Below are positions 37,746-50,254 of a stretch of DNA of 64,000 bases, piece after piece (position 1 is the first letter of the stretch; each line of letters begins with the position of its first letter). The notes beneath the pieces are model-generated. The model saw only the letters and a list, made by a program, of their open reading frames with translations, had not been told where the DNA came from and searched no databases. The stretch spans positions 71,860,001-71,924,000 of the forward strand of contig NC_045697.1 in the NCBI RefSeq assembly GCF_009834535.1, in the 5' to 3' direction. This DNA comes from Camelus ferus. Lineage: Eukaryota. A program made the position numbers and the translations under genes.

Positions 37746-38954
37746 AACCTACTGAGATACTGAAATTGTGCTTTCTCCCTATAATTTACATTTTTTTCCC
37801 ATCCTACTCACAGTATTTAGGTATTTGTTTTTGTTTTTATTTTTTTACAACCATGTACATTTCTGTAACAGCGAGGTAGCCTTGAAATTAAATGCCTTGC
37901 AAATTCTTCTTTGTTAAATTAGGTTCTAATCTAACTGGCTACCATCAAGAAGGTTATTATTATGCTGTTGTCCTATTTCTGTAGTTCCAACTTCTCCCTT
38001 TCATTTTTCTGATTATTTTATGTGTGCTGTTTTCATTGCCTATACAGTTGACAATGGATTTTTTTCTTTTTCTTTCCTTTGGATTAGCCAGATTTTGTAA
38101 GAGCTTTATAAAATTTAACTCCCACTATAATCCAGATGTGAAGAGAAAGTGAAAGTTCTTAGGGCCCTTCTACTTAAACTGGCCCTCTGTTTTCATCCCC
38201 TCCCCACTAAGTAACTAGATAATAAATTAACTAAATTTAGTTCAAACAATTTCATCTAATTGTGTTGACTTCCTTTATAAAATATTCAGTGTTTCCAAAA
38301 AATCATTTAGTCCCCAAACTAGCCTCATTCCTCTGCACATCTCCCGGTGATGACTGATCTGGCCCAGCTCCTCTGCACTTCGCCCTGTGGTAACATGCAG
38401 TGAGTAGTGGTGGTTGTGGGGAATAAAGCTTTTGAGTCCTCCTGGAAAAATAAAGTCAGAGTCTTCAGTGCAACTGCACTCTGCTTCCTCAGGTCTCCAT
38501 GGCAACACCCAAGCTCCTGGGTGCTGTTTGCCCTGCTGCTATGCTGCATAGCTTCACTCTCTCAGTGGGGCTCTGATTTCCGTCTCTGCCAGCTTGGACA
38601 ATGCTTAGTACAATATCCTTGTTAACCGTGTCTCACCCCTGCTCCTACTGGCCACAGTTCTCTGCATGAGAACTACATCCTCGTTTCAGTCAATGAGCCA
38701 CTGTGCCTATAGAATCACCCAATGGAGCCTGGCTCTCAGGCTCAAGTCCCACTGCAGACCCCTGAAGGCAGCTCAGGAAGGCCATACTGTAAGATCTCCC
38801 TCTTCTGAGCACACCGTGTAGCCTCAGCACTTCGGTCAGGCCCGAGGCTGGGGCGAGATGAGTCTCAGAGGTGACTTCCTAGTCCTGGGTGGGTAGCAGG
38901 GAGAAACTGCCTGCCCTCTTTGCCTTGGGCCTTGTCCTCAACCCTTCTCCTTAG

Positions 38955-39185
38955 GAGCTAGTGGGGCTAGTCAGACAGCCCAGTGCCCCTCTGCCACTCA
39001 TTAGATGCATAATCTCAGATGAGGTATTTGCTGGCTCTGTGTTCCAGCTTCCTCAGCTGTAAAATGGGACTAAAATAGTAATTTACCTCGCAGTGTCGTG
39101 AGGATTGAATGAGCTGATACATACTTATATGCATAGAAGTACTTAGAACCGAATGCCTAGAAGCTATTCAATAAATTAACACATA
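38955..39185 (+). mobile_element. MIR SINE
   Basis: tagtcagacagcc..ctctgccactcattag..cagcttcctcagctgtaaaatgggactaaaatagta..gtgaggattgaatgagctgatacat..tacttagaac. Confidence 0.88.
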
Positions 39186-40629
39186 TTTTTCCTTCTCACA
39201 AATTATTTGAAATGGAAAAAAAATGTTTTTATTTCCTTCTTTACTGATATCCTCTTCCAGACTCCAGCCAATCCTAACAGCAGGTGTTGCATCTCCTGTA
39301 CTCCACCAGAGAGCTCAACAGACCGAATCCTCCATGCTTGGATGTGGGGACACTGAAGGAGGAAGTCAAGGATCTGAAAAGGTGTCTGAAGGCAGAATGC
39401 TAGGACCGCGATCCTGTGGCATGACCTTGTGATGGAACAATGGAGGCTGAACGTTCTCTTGGTCTCTTCTTGGTATTCCTTCCCTAACAAACTATAATTT
39501 CTGCTCACCTACTCTCCCCTTCTCCCTCCATCCTCCAAGGAGTTAGATGTCCAGCAAATTAGGTCAGAGGCCTTGGGAAGACAAAAGAGAACAGTGCATT
39601 CAAAATTTTAACTGTTAGTCCCTTCCATTTACATTCCCAGCCTTGCCCTCTGTATCTTAAAAACTGACCAAATAATCAGAATTACGTTCAGATTTCTCTG
39701 ATCTACCCAGTTTAGCATTGGTATAACATGTCCTTCAGTTTAAAATTCAATAAATGCAACCTCATATATTGCCAATAATATGTGCCAAAATATACATGTG
39801 TTAATTTTCCCCCCAGGACACTCTCTGTATGATTAAATAAGTTTCATTAAACATGACCTATTCTGGAAAAATTATCAAAGAATAGCAAAAGATCTCGACA
39901 GATACCATATGACTATTTAACTCTTGCTAAAAGCAGGAAGGCTAATTACTTGTAGTATTAAATAGAAAGGAAACAGTAAAAAAAAAAAAAATCCCTAAGT
40001 CCTTAATATAACTCAAAACTTAAGAGTAAATTGTAATGGGCAGTGAACATAACCACATACTGACCACCACTATTAATTTACATAGGATAGATTGACCATA
40101 TGTAACAACAAACCTCTAAACTTAATAATGTTAGTCTGGAATACCAAGGTTGAACAGCAATTTGTGAGGGCTTAATGTTAAATTATTACAGAATGTGCAC
40201 CATTGAAATCAAGTATGTTCAGGCATCTCTTTTGGAAAAGACAGGCCGTAACTGTGTAGCTGGCCTACTTCGTGCAGCTTATCCATCCATGAACCCTCAG
40301 GGTGCATTAAGCTACATCGTAACAGCCTGTGCCAAACCCTGCCAACGGTCCCAGGTTCCATTTACTCAGAGTCAATAAGCCCCATCAGAATAGCTTGACA
40401 TCACAGTGACAGTAATTGTCACCAAGGAGCAAATTTGGATTTATTTATTCAACACTGTAGTGTGGAAATAAGGAGTGATATAGGGAGTTTGGGGAGAAAA
40501 AAAGGATCCAGTAAAACCTTGAATTTGATGAACATTTTGGAAAATAAGGCTTTAAAAAGAGATGCTATTCTGTCCAGAGAAAAGGACCTTGAGAGGATAT
40601 TTACCACCTGCAAATTTCAGAGTAATTTC

Positions 40630-40800
40630 AAGCATTAGCTTCAGATCCACAAAAGCCCAAACTTCCATTCTGGAACTTCTGCTTATCAGCTCTGTGGGTT
40701 TAGGTGAACCACCTAATGCTGACGAGTTTCAACTTCCTCATCGGTAAAATAGAAATACCTATGTCATCGGGGAATTAAATAAAATAATGTAGGTGCAGCA
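40630..40800 (+). mobile_element. MIR fragment
   Basis: cttatcagctctgtgggtttaggtgaaccacctaat..tttcaacttcctcatcggtaaaatag. Confidence 0.7.
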
Positions 40801-41007
40801 GTGTTGTCCCTTCCCTGGTTATCCCAGCTTGGGGAGCTCCTCTCAGCACCCTGCTGGACACATGAGGTCCTATGTAATCACCCTGGAGGCTCGGTGCCGA
40901 CCAGCCTCCTGGGACAGCTGGGTGGGGAAGCTGCAAAGCCTAGTGGCCTTGACAGGGTGCTGCTCCCTCTTCCGGGGAGTCAGCTCTAAAGGGGTCTTAG
41001 TTACTAG

Positions 41008-41740
41008 GACATTAAAACCACAATGAGATACCGCTTCACACCTACTAGGTTGTTTGAAAACAAAAATTAAAAACTGACAATACCAAGTGCTACCAAGAAT
41101 GCAAAGCAACTGGAATTCTCATACACCACTGGTGGGACTAACATTTTTGGAAAACAGTTTGAAATTTTCTCATAAAACCAATCTTGCCCTTACTGTATGA
41201 TGTACAAATTCTGTTTGTGATGTACAAATTCTGTTTTAAAACACAGGTCAACAAATGACCTGTCTGCTAATGTGTATAGCAGCTCTATTCATAATAGCCC
41301 AGAATTTAAAAGTCCCCAAATGCCCATCAGTTGGAGAAAGGATGAAAACATCATGGTGTATCCACATGGTGCAATACTATTCCGCAAGAAAAAATAACTC
41401 ATGATACATGCAACAACATCGATGAATCTTGAAAGCAGGGTAAATGAAGGAAGCCAGAGACAGAAGGTTACATGCTATATGATTCCATGTTTATGACATT
41501 CAGAAAAATGCAAAGTCTTAGGGACAGAAATCAGGTTGTTACTATAGCCTGGGGGGACTGAAGAAGGGATTGACTACAATGGGGCACAAGGCATTTTTTA
41601 GGTATGATGAAAATGTTCTATATCTTAGTTGTGATGGTTATATGAATGTGTTCATTTATCAAAACACACCACACTCAAATTTAAAATTGTGCAGTCTCGC
41701 CATATATACTTTATGTCTCTATCAACTTGCATTTAAAAAA
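41008..41740 (+). mobile_element. Old L1 (L1ME/MC) ORF2 C-terminus + 3'UTR
   Basis: attaaaaccacaatgagataccgcttcacacctactagg..gcaactggaattctcatacaccactggtggga..catgcaacaacatcgatgaatct..gatgaaaatgttctatatctt. Confidence 0.92.
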
Positions 41741-41939
41741 AATCTCACACCAAAAGAAGACAAGTAAATGAAGTATGAGGTATACAAAGAAATTCATAAA
41801 TTGTAGATTTAAACCCATATTTTTGTAAAATTCTCAGTTATATAATGTTTATGAAAGACATATCTAAAACTTAATCCTGTAGAAGCTTGAAAATTAAAAG
41901 GGTTATATATATTTACATATATATATATACACACATATC

Positions 41940-42545
41940 TTTCAACCCCTGGAAAGAGCACAAATTTAAAAATAAAATAAAAAGAGAAATTAAAGGTCAG
42001 CATAGCCAATAGTTGATTTTTGGAAAAGAACATAGAACTCATAAACTTCTCGTGAGACTAATCAAGAAAAAATGGTGGGGAGGGTATAGCTCAGTGGTAG
42101 AGTGTATACTTAGCATGCCCGAGATGCTGGGTTCAATCCCCAGTACCTCATTAAAAAATAAAAATAAAATATCAAAAAAGTGGCAAATGATAGAAAGAAT
42201 ATTAAAAAAAATGAAAGAAGGCACAAATAACCAGTGTCAAAAATGAAAAAGTAGACCTTACTATCACTTCTGCTGTATCAAAAGAGGATATTGTGAACAG
42301 CTTTAGGCTAATAAATATAAACATGGAGATAGAAAGATCAAGTGTCTAGGAAAGTAGAAATTATCAACAAAAGGCAAAAAGTGAAATATAATATTCCTTT
42401 ATCTATTAAAGAAGTTGACTCCAAATCTTCCCATAATTTAAGAATATTAAAATTAATCTCTTGTACCAGGTAACTAGAAAAACATCAGAAGAAATAACAC
42501 AAATCTTACACAAATGTTCCAGAGAAAAGAAAACAACGGGGCATT
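41940..42545 (+). mobile_element. Old L1 ORF2 internal fragment
   Basis: agttgatttttggaaaag..ataaacttctcgtgagactaatcaagaaaaaa..gaggatattgtgaacagctttaggctaataaat..cacaaatcttacacaaatgttccagagaaaaga. Confidence 0.8.
42077..42170 (+). mobile_element. tRNA-derived SINE (camelid Vic-1-like), short form
   Basis: ggggagggtatagctcagtggtagagtgtatacttagcatgcccgagatgctgggttcaatccccagtacctc plus A-rich tail; Pol III A and B boxes; degenerate TSD atcaagaaaaaatgg / atcaaaaaagtgg. Confidence 0.9.
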
Positions 42546-42547
42546 AG

Positions 42548-42725
42548 GAGACTTCTGAAATGACTTAACCGTCCCTGCCTCCTGGCAGCATCACCTTGGG
42601 TAACTCCCTCCCTTTGTGTGTGGACTGGACCAAGTGACCTGCTTCTAATGAATAAAATATGGTAAAAAGATAGGATATCATTTCCAAGATTAGGTTACCA
42701 AAGGCGCGTTTCTGTCTTCATCTGC
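42548..42725 (+). mobile_element. MaLR LTR 5' fragment (MLT1F-like)
   Basis: ccctgcctcctgg..taactccctccctttgtgtgtggactggaccaagtgacctgcttctaatgaataaaatatgg..atttccaagattaggtta. Confidence 0.8.
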
Positions 42726-42734
42726 TTAAAACTA

Positions 42735-43545
42735 CGCAAATCGTATTACTCAGCAATTCTAGTGCTAAAAACCTACTCAACAGAAATCTATGCACGTGGG
42801 CACCAAGAACTATATACAAGAGTGTTCATGGCAATAGCACTCATGACAGCCCACAACTGGAAATAAACCAAGTGCCTATGAGTAGTAGAATGGACAAATG
42901 AAGCGTAGTCTATTCATACATAGAATACTATGTAAAAATAAAAATAAACTGCTACTTTTCAGTTATCAAATGAATAAGGTCTGAGAATCTAAGGTATAAC
43001 ACGGTGACTATAGGTGATAACCCTGTATGGTATAACTGAAATTTGAAATTTGCTGACAGTGTGACTTAAATGTTCTCACCAAAAAAGAAAAAAAAGTAAG
43101 TAAAAAAAACTGCTCACCCTGCAATATGGATGGATTTTATATACATAAGTAAGTAAAAAAAACTGCTCACCCTGCAATATGGGTGGATTTTATATACATA
43201 CTGTTGAACAAAAGAAGTCAGCACGACAGAATTCATATTGGATTATTCTATTTATATGAAGTTCCCGATCAAGTAGGACAATGCTACAGAGTAAAAAATG
43301 CAGGCTGAGGTGATAAGCTATAAACAAAAGCAAGGATGCGGTGACCAGAAAAGTCATGATTGGTTTTAACTTTGGAACAGAGAGGAGAGTAAGGAGAAGG
43401 GAGCCCAGGGGCTTCTGGAGTTTGGTGGTTCTGTATTTCTTGTTCCTACTGGTGGTCTCACGAATGTTGGTTTGAGGCTTGATCCATATTTACTTTAAGG
43501 TTTGCTCACTTTTATTTATCTATGCTATATTTTACCAGAAAAAGC
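42735..43545 (+). mobile_element. Old L1 3' end containing an inserted L1MA-type 3'UTR piece (about 42955-43095) and a tandem duplication
   Basis: actcagcaattctagtgct..caagagtgttcatggcaatagcactcatgacagcccacaactggaaataaaccaagtgcc..ctgttgaacaaaagaagtcag. Confidence 0.85.
43094..43199. repeat. 53-bp tandem duplication (2 copies, 1 mismatch)
   Basis: aagtaagtaaaaaaaactgctcaccctgcaatatgg(a/g)tggattttatatacat at 43094-43146 and 43147-43199. Confidence 0.97.
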
Positions 43546-43551
43546 TTTTCT

Positions 43552-44160
43552 GTTTTTTATTGAATTGTAGTTCTTTCAATATTATATTAATTTCAGGTGT
43601 ATAATGTAATGATTCATCATTTTTATGGATTATGCAACATACAAAGTTATCATAATATTATTGACTATGTTCTCTGTGATGTACATTACATCTCTACAAC
43701 TTATTTTATAAATGGAAATTTGTACAACAAAAAGTTTAAAGAAAATTATATGGCTAGGAAAAGAAATGAAAGTTTTTCCTTACGGAACAGACTTGCCAGC
43801 CCCAACTCCTGGAAATTTCTGTTGGGTATTTCTTTCCCCACTTATGTACCACATGCATATTTCTGTGTATATCACACCTTTTAAAATAAATTTTACTATT
43901 CATATTAATATGTGAATATTACCTCTTCACTTAATTGTGTAAGATGTGACAATCTCTTCACTTGATGTATTGTAAACATAATTCCTGGTCAGTATATATT
44001 TATTCACCTTATTTTTAAAAGCTACATAACATTCTATTGTGTGGATATGCTATAATTTATTTACTCCTTCACTTACGGAAGGACATTTAAATTGGTTCTG
44101 ATTTTTTTGCTCTTCCAGAAAAGACTTTATTGATGTATATTCTTGGATATATATTCATAT
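43552..44160 (-). mobile_element. Antisense L1 3' fragments (L1MA-like 43552-43725; older L1ME-like beyond)
   Basis: ttttttattgaattgtagtt..atattatattaatttcaggtgtata..atattattgactatgttctctgtgatgtacattacatc; cattctattgtgtggatatgctataatttattta..ggacatttaaattggttctgattttttgct. Confidence 0.8.
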
Positions 44161-44209
44161 CACTGTTTTTTTAAATGAATCATTCTATTACTATCACTGA
44201 GTAGTTTTT

Positions 44210-46665
44210 AGCTTTGGCTCACTGATTTTCTCCCCAGCACAACTTGGTCATAATTTTTGGAGATTCCAGTATCGGTGCGTATGAACCTATCAACACCCTG
44301 CCTTGCCTTTTGGTTGCACCATCCTCCTCCTCTCCAAAGACCACATTTTCCTAGCCTGGCCCTTCTTTCCCACTGTCATGTCTTAGAGTCTAGACCTTGT
44401 CATGGTACTAAGCATCACACTCTCAGACCATCACACCTATCTCCAACACTTCCTGGCCTGGCTTCACCAAGATCTAAAAGTTACGTATCAGACACATTTC
44501 ATCCTGTCCTGTCTCCTTCATGTCTCCTTTCCCTACTTGCCACAACCCACATGAGAGCCTTCCCTTGCTCACACGTAATTCTTTCTCAGTCTTCCTCACT
44601 TTATCATACTTATCTGGGAAAGCCCAAAACCTGGCAACAGCCATATTTCCACCCTTACCGTGCCTGTCCCCATGTACTTAATGCCTGTTGGGGAGATATA
44701 TAAAACAATGAAACTTTCTTCACTTTAAATTATCTAATAGAAATCATTTAATAGAAAACAGGTCTTCCGTGGCACAGGTTAGCGACACCAATGAGGTTGT
44801 CAGCCCTTGGTGTGGACCAGTTACCTTCCTATGTTTCTCCAGCCCACTCACTCTTGTGGCCTCCTAGAAGACCGGTTCCCACCTTCACCTCTCTCCCGAA
44901 CCTCCACTCCCACCTCCCTCATCCTCACTCTCAGCTGAAGAATGCGCTTCCTATTTCACTGAGAAAATTAATCAGGAAAGGATCTCCAGAGGTGCCCACA
45001 GCACAGTTATTCCAGGAACAGCATCTGCACCCACATTGTCTGCCTTCCCACCCATTACTTCAGACCGATTGCCCCTGCTCCTGTCTAAAGGCAGTTCCTC
45101 TTGTGCACTCGATTCCATTGCCTCTCGCCTACACAGCCTCATCAATTAGGCAGTTCCTCCGTCTCTCTTTCTTCCAGCATCAATCTTCCACCATCAATCT
45201 TCCACTTTCCACTGTGACACTCCCACCAGTGTACAAAGAAAAACTGCTATAATTTCTATCATCTAAAAGCCATGGGAAAATATCTCTTTGACTCACATCG
45301 CCTTCCAGTTATTCCCCATGTAACTGTTCCTATATTACTACAAAAACTTTTTAAAAATTTCCTATACCTGCCATTGCCATTTTTTCCCCATTCTGTCTTA
45401 AAACCACTATACTATAATAAGGCTTTAACTCTGTATCACCACTCCACTCAGAACACCTCTTATTAAAGACACCAATGAATTCTTGTTTGACCAGATCACT
45501 GGTTAACTCCTTGACCATGCTTCCTTGGAAAACATCCACCCTTTGGTTTCTGGAATAACATACACTCATGATTTTCCACCAGCTTCAATAGCCACTTCTT
45601 ACCTTTTCTGGCTCATGCACAGTCCCCAAATCTAAACTTTGGAACCCCTTATGGTTCAATCTTTATCCATGCTCACTTCCTAGATTTTATATATATATAT
45701 ATTTACATTAATTTACATTAATAGCCAAGATCTCTCTCCAAAACTCCATATCCATATGTTAACTGCCTATTAGACTGATTGACATAAATATCTAATGTCT
45801 CATAGAAGTCTGAAGCAGAACTTCCTTTCAGCCTGCCCCTCCCACTGCTTGCCCCTTTTCAGTAAAGAACAAACACCCTGGAATCATCCTTAAATCCTGT
45901 CTTTTTCTGATCCCCTGTCCAATGCATTAGAAAGCTTCCTTGATCTATCTTCAACATACTTCCACTTCTCTTTACCTCAACCACTACCACCCTGCTCTGA
46001 GCCACCACCTTTTATCTGCATGACTGCCATAGCATCTTAACTGGTCTTCTTTCACCCTAGAGGCAGTCTGTTCTCAACCCCGAAACCAGAGTGAGCCTTT
46101 CAAAACTGTAGTCAAGTTCATGTCGTGCAACTACTCGAAACCATCCAATGGCTTTCATTCTACTCTGAGTCCCATGAAGTCCTATGTAATCTACATCCCT
46201 GCAACTTCTCTGTCCCTACCTATAAGCCATTCTGGCTTCTTTAATATCTACCAAGCAAAATACGCAGTTGCTCCTCCCTCTGCCTAGACCCCTCTGCCAC
46301 CATGTATCGTGACATCTAGTGCCTTCACTTCCCTCAGATATTTGCTCAGTTACCTAATTGCTGAGGAATTCTGGAACTACCCTGTTTAAATCACTTTCTT
46401 TTTCCTTCTCTCCACTTCCTTGGTCATATGCACTCCATAGAACATATCACTATGTCTGCATGTGTGTCTGTGTCTGTGTACTTATATGTATACAACACAT
46501 GGACATAAGATGTATTATATATATATATATATAAAATCTAGCTCTGCACTCTGAAAAGTAAGCTATGTGCATACAGAGTGTGTTGTACTTCTTGTTCATA
46601 TTCCCATCATCTGAAACAGTGCCCAGCAATGGTTGAGTTCCAAAAATTATCAGTTAAATGAAATA
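44210..46665 (+). mobile_element. Long L2 LINE (about 2.4 kb, reaching its 3' end)
   Basis: Pyrimidine-rich L2 body: ctcactctcagctgaagaatgcgcttcctatttcactgagaaaatt..ccttggaaaacatcc..cctggaatcatcctt..gaaacagtgcccagca..ttaaatgaaataa. Confidence 0.85.
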
Positions 46666-47345
46666 ATGTACACATTCATATCTTTAACAGGCCCAGAATC
46701 TTCATCATTTAAAAGATCAATTCTGCTTGACCTTGGCACTTCAGTAAAGCCTCCTCCTGCACTTTGATTCTTTCCACATAGACTTAGGGAGAAAAAAATT
46801 TTCTATTATTTTCTAGAGTTGGCAGTTCAGTAAATGTCCTCTTTGTCGTTGATTCCTTTTTAAAGCCATGCTATTTCCTGGTCTGATCATTGACAGGAAC
46901 AGGGCAGGGAATTAATGGCTAATCTTTCAGAAGGATTCCCCTGAAGCATTATTGCATGAGGCAAAGGAAGCTTTTCCTTACTAGGACACATTTTCAGATT
47001 CTAGTGTATATTTAGATCCTGAATCCCTTGAAAACTAATGGGAGGTCTGTGGGCCAAACATTTATAGGAAATGAAAGGAAATGGCATGGTAAAAGCAAGC
47101 TGTGAAAAAAAGACCTTCTAGCTTGCTGTTACCTAATCTGTCACATGAAAGACTTATTTTAACATTTCTATTAGGTAAGATGAACAGAAAAATACCATGT
47201 ACAGTGTTCTTTTGGTATTCTTGCTCTTCTTTCTATGAATGCCGCCTCTTCATTTGAGTCATGTATTGGGGTAAGAAAAAAAAATGTGGAATATGATTTT
47301 TTCACCTAAATCACAAATGCCATCCTACACTTAATGACTAATTGC

Positions 47346-47368
47346 AAAAAAAAAAAAAAAAAAAAAAA
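47346..47368. repeat. Poly(A) run
   Basis: About 23 consecutive A. Confidence 0.95.
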
Positions 47369-49072
47369 TCCAAAATTTTAAAATGCTGACCCATTTTGGT
47401 AAAATGGAGCTGTAAATTGTCAATTAATAACTAATCAAACTATACAAGTGTTCAATGAAAAATAGCATTTGGTCATCTTGGTTGCGATTTCGTGCGGTTT
47501 ATTGTTTTGCTTTGTGTTTTAGGAGACCTAGAGATTTCTTCTAATGTTGAACATTCTCTTAACTTTAAAGTATACTTAGCAGTGGGTCTTCTAGTTTATA
47601 TCACTGCCGTAGCCACAGTTATTCTTCTCTGTCCCTTGCCACATTCTTATCTGCATGGCAGATTATCAAAAGGAGTAAATGTCTTTACTTCTTTCTCCAG
47701 CCACTGCCAACCAGGACTCTGTGCTGCAAGCTCCCTTCCTTGTTCCAAGATAATATCCTAGGCGTATCCCATACCTTTCCAATCTCTTTCACCCTCAAAA
47801 ACAATCTCATTTAAGTTAACTGTGATTCACTTTCAGGTGCTAAAAAAAATCCCATCCAGTCTAAATTAGAACTTCAATCTGACTTTTATCTCCACAGCTT
47901 CATCCCTCCCCACAGTTCCAAGTTGGTGGTTGCATGAGATAATTGTAATCACAAAGTGATCTTTGTCTATTTTCCCCTCTTCCTTCCTCCATCTACATTA
48001 CTTTCACTGCAGGTTCTCCCAGGCTGAAGGTAGTGGATAGGGAAGATGATGAAAATAAGACTGTTTTCTATAACAGGTAAATTTGCCACAGTTGATGACT
48101 TCCTGGGGCACATTTGTGACCTCTTTGGGGACCTCATTTAAGGACCTCCAGCCTGTAAATGTTCATTCTGTGTGTGATGCATTCATATCTAGTTGACTTG
48201 TTCAGTTGACTTGACCAACTGCCCTCAGTTCCTGCCCTCTTTGTTGGACCTCTTGGCCTCTTCCCCTGGGGCTCTGTCTCCCCAGAAAACTTCTCTCCTG
48301 GATAAGGGATCATTGAGACAGCAGGAGTCCTTCCATAGCATGCACATGGACCATGGGAGACTGGGTGCATTCTTAACCCACAAAATTGTAGGATAATATC
48401 TGTTAGGGCTTTCTTTTCTATTATTTCTTTTCTCTACTTGTTATTGCAAAATTTTCCAGCCAGTTTCATGGCTTAAGAATTCTCCAGGCTGGAAGCAGGC
48501 AGGAAGCAAATACCTTTTTCTTTGCTTATGTACATCTCTGCTCTTGTGGACCCGTCAAGGTCTCTAAAGAATTTTCCTGCCAGACTCCAGTCTGGTGGGA
48601 ACATTAGGAAAGTTTAAAAGTTTCTACAGCTACATAAACGTTCAGCCAGGAAATAAGATTCTAGTCTCCCCTGCTTCCTGGCATCTCCAGTCTCTAAGAC
48701 TTATTCTTCTGGAGACTTATCAATTGGCCAGAGTCCCGTCCCCTACTTCCTTGGGAGGGGAGATAAAATGCCACAGTACTCTTAATTCAATGACATCCCT
48801 ATTTTAACTACTCTCCCTTCCAATCACTCTGTAAAGTTCCTATTCTTCTCTTACATAAGACAGAAGTTAATAATTGTATTAATAGTCCCTAGAGAAGTTC
48901 TGCTATTTTTTAGTAATTTTTAGCATCTCTCTTTAACATGTGAGTGTACTTACCTTTCTCAGATTTATGAGCTAAGTTGAAATTCTAAGACCAGAAAAAA
49001 TCCTAGTCAACATCTTGTGTCACCTATCTCACTACTACAGAATCTGTCATTCTACCTTAAAGTCAGAAGCAC

Positions 49073-49539
49073 TGTATAGTAAGGTGAACAATGGCCCCCA
49101 AATGTAGCCAAACCCTAACCCTAGAACCTTAAAAGGCAAACAGCACTTGGCAAGTGTGATTAAATGGAGGCTCTTGAATGGGGAGATTATCCTGCATTAT
49201 CCAACTGAGCCCTAAACATAATCACAATTGTCTTTCTAACAGGGAGGCAGAGGGAGATTTGACTTCAGAAGTAGGAGATGTGAATGGTAAAAGCAAGAGG
49301 TTGGAGGGATGCAAGGGGAGGGTCAGGAGCCATGCAGGAAGCTTCCAGAATCTACACAGTGCAAGAAAACACTTTCCCCGAGAGCCTCCAGAAGGAACTA
49401 GTCTTGTCTACACCTTACCTTTAGCCTGATGAAACTAGTTTCAGACTTCTGGCCTCCAGAACTACAAGAGAAGATTCTGTTGTTTTACGGCATCAAGTTG
49501 TGTCATGTATTGTCACAGCAACCATAGTACATGAGTACA
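49073..49539 (+). mobile_element. MaLR solo LTR (MLT1D-like)
   Basis: aatggcccccaaa..gggagattatcctgcattatcc..gggaggcagagggagatttgact..gagcctccagaaggaac..cagacttctggcctccagaactacaagag. Confidence 0.9.
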
Positions 49540-49547
49540 CATTCTCT

Positions 49548-50020
49548 CTCTTAGGATGTATTTAGCTACAGGAAATTAAAATCTCTGATGTAAATGGGCT
49601 GAATTAATAAGAAAATATTATTTCAGGTACCAGGAAATCTAGAGTGAGGGCAGATTTTAGGCATAGTAATGTTAAGGCTCCAGCTCCTTCCCATCCCTCT
49701 GTGTGAAGTTTTATTCCTGAGTTGGCTTGTGTAAGGCTCACAATGTACTATCTCACTCACTGAGGGAAAAAAAACACTATCACTCAGTCATAGCCTATAA
49801 ATCATGCCTTTTAATGTGATTTGGCCAGATTAAGGCATGTACTTGCTCCTGGGCCAGTAACTACTCAGGAAAACCATTCTCTAATTACCTTGAGCAGGTG
49901 TTCCTGAACCAGTCAGAAGCAAGGAATGACAGGAGCATAACTGGCATTAACTACTCAAAATCTACCCCTGAACCTGGGGACCGGATGAACACCTGGGAAA
50001 AACTGGCATCAGGAAAAGCG
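49548..50020 (-). mobile_element. Old MaLR LTR (MLT1K/L-like)
   Basis: ttaggatgtatttagctacagg..caggaaatctagag..gatttggccagattaaggcatgtacttgctcctgggccagtaact. Confidence 0.55.
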
Positions 50021-50254
50021 CAAAGGATAAGGACACCATATAATTTATCATTCAACAGGAACACTATTGAGAATGAAAGGGTGTGACATCGGAATTCCAC
50101 CAAGACAACAGATACAGACCTAGTGCTGTCCCACTCACCCTGGGGCTCATGGTTGCCCTCTTGGTAGGGACCAATGGTGTCAGCTACAAGCATTTTGTTT
50201 AGGGCTGATTAAGGTGCTCTTTTGGCTTAAGACGAATTCCTGAGAACAAAGGAT

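Noticed and set aside
31351..38238. Identical 18-mer aataaattaactaaattt at 31351 and 38221
   Set aside because: Almost all A/T with no extended flanking similarity; chance is plausible
42077..42150. tRNA-like sequence (also at 60979-61052)
   Set aside because: SINE heads with A-rich tails and TSDs; no intact cloverleaf
43094..43199. Direct repeats as a possible CRISPR-like array
   Set aside because: Two adjacent copies, no spacers, eukaryotic L1 context
44257..45252. 148-aa and 153-aa ORFs
   Set aside because: Pro/Ser/Leu/His-rich translations of decayed L2 sequence
47346..47368. Poly(A) runs (also about 24571-24600) as possible processed-pseudogene tails
   Set aside because: No recognisable upstream mRNA-like sequence or TSD
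49111..49130. Telomere-like aaccctaaccctag
   Set aside because: About two units, within the normal MLT1 LTR 5' region
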